Assembly: GCA_964016885.1 (NCBI GenBank)
Contig: OZ024752.1
Span: 40,362,001-40,426,000, forward strand
Direction: 5' to 3'
DNA from: Eledone cirrhosa
Taxonomy: Eukaryota
Length of the DNA stretch: 64,000 nt
Shown here piece by piece: positions 63,654 to 64,000 of the stretch (within the stretch, counting starts at the first letter, position 1; the number at the start of each line of letters is the position of its first letter). Made by a program: the position numbers and the translations under genes. The notes below the pieces were generated by a model. That model searched no databases. It saw only the letters and a program-made list of their open reading frames with translations, and had not been told where the DNA came from.

Positions 63654-64000
63654 TAAAAGGGTTAGCTGAAATGTTCATAGGCTGACCAAGATACTCTCAT
63701 GGAATGACCAAATGAGGTTTATTTTTTAACATAGTTCCTGGAAAGAAACAATGCAGTTATTAATAAGAAGAGTTGAAATTAATGCAAGATTTCACAGCTC
63801 TAATATCACTCCGTTATAGGCTGATGAAGAATGACCAAATGAGGTTTATTTTTTAACATAGTTCCTGGAAAGAAACAATGCAGTTATTAATAAGAAGAGT
63901 TGAAATTAATGCAAGATTTCACAGCTCTAATATCACTCCTTTATAGGCTGATGAAGAATGACCAAATGAGGTTTATTTTTCAACATAGTCTCTGGGTAAC
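63654..64000 (-). mobile_element. Mariner-like MITE with ~128-bp internal tandem duplication (runs off window)
   Basis: Matches 29632-29839. Confidence 0.75.

Overview
AT-rich, repeat-dense animal genomic DNA. The SINE types, long (TA)n/(ATG)n tracts and minisatellites suggest a coleoid cephalopod such as Octopus; this is inferred, not shown. Only one protein-coding exon is supportable: 50451-51606 (+). It encodes an N-terminal SAM domain plus PVPKPR proline-rich motifs and is most likely the first coding exon of an ARAP-family gene. The rest is intronic or intergenic: tRNA-derived SINEs, RTE/CR1/Tx1 LINE fragments, piggyBac-, Tc1/mariner- and hAT-type MITEs, and many tandem arrays. The main unexpected signal is a set of small non-coding fold-back elements, mostly inside (TA)n tracts, carrying type-I hammerhead ribozyme motifs (stem I-CUGANGA-stem II-GAAA-palindromic stem III-UH-stem I'). 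About ten near-complete motifs occur in four sequence families, plus half and degenerate copies. Stems I and II show compensatory and G-U changes, and three families share a C mismatch at the 4th pair of stem II. The architecture matches Penelope-like element pseudo-LTRs, but no Penelope ORF is visible, so these look like non-autonomous ribozyme-bearing retroelements. All alignments and coordinates were read by eye.
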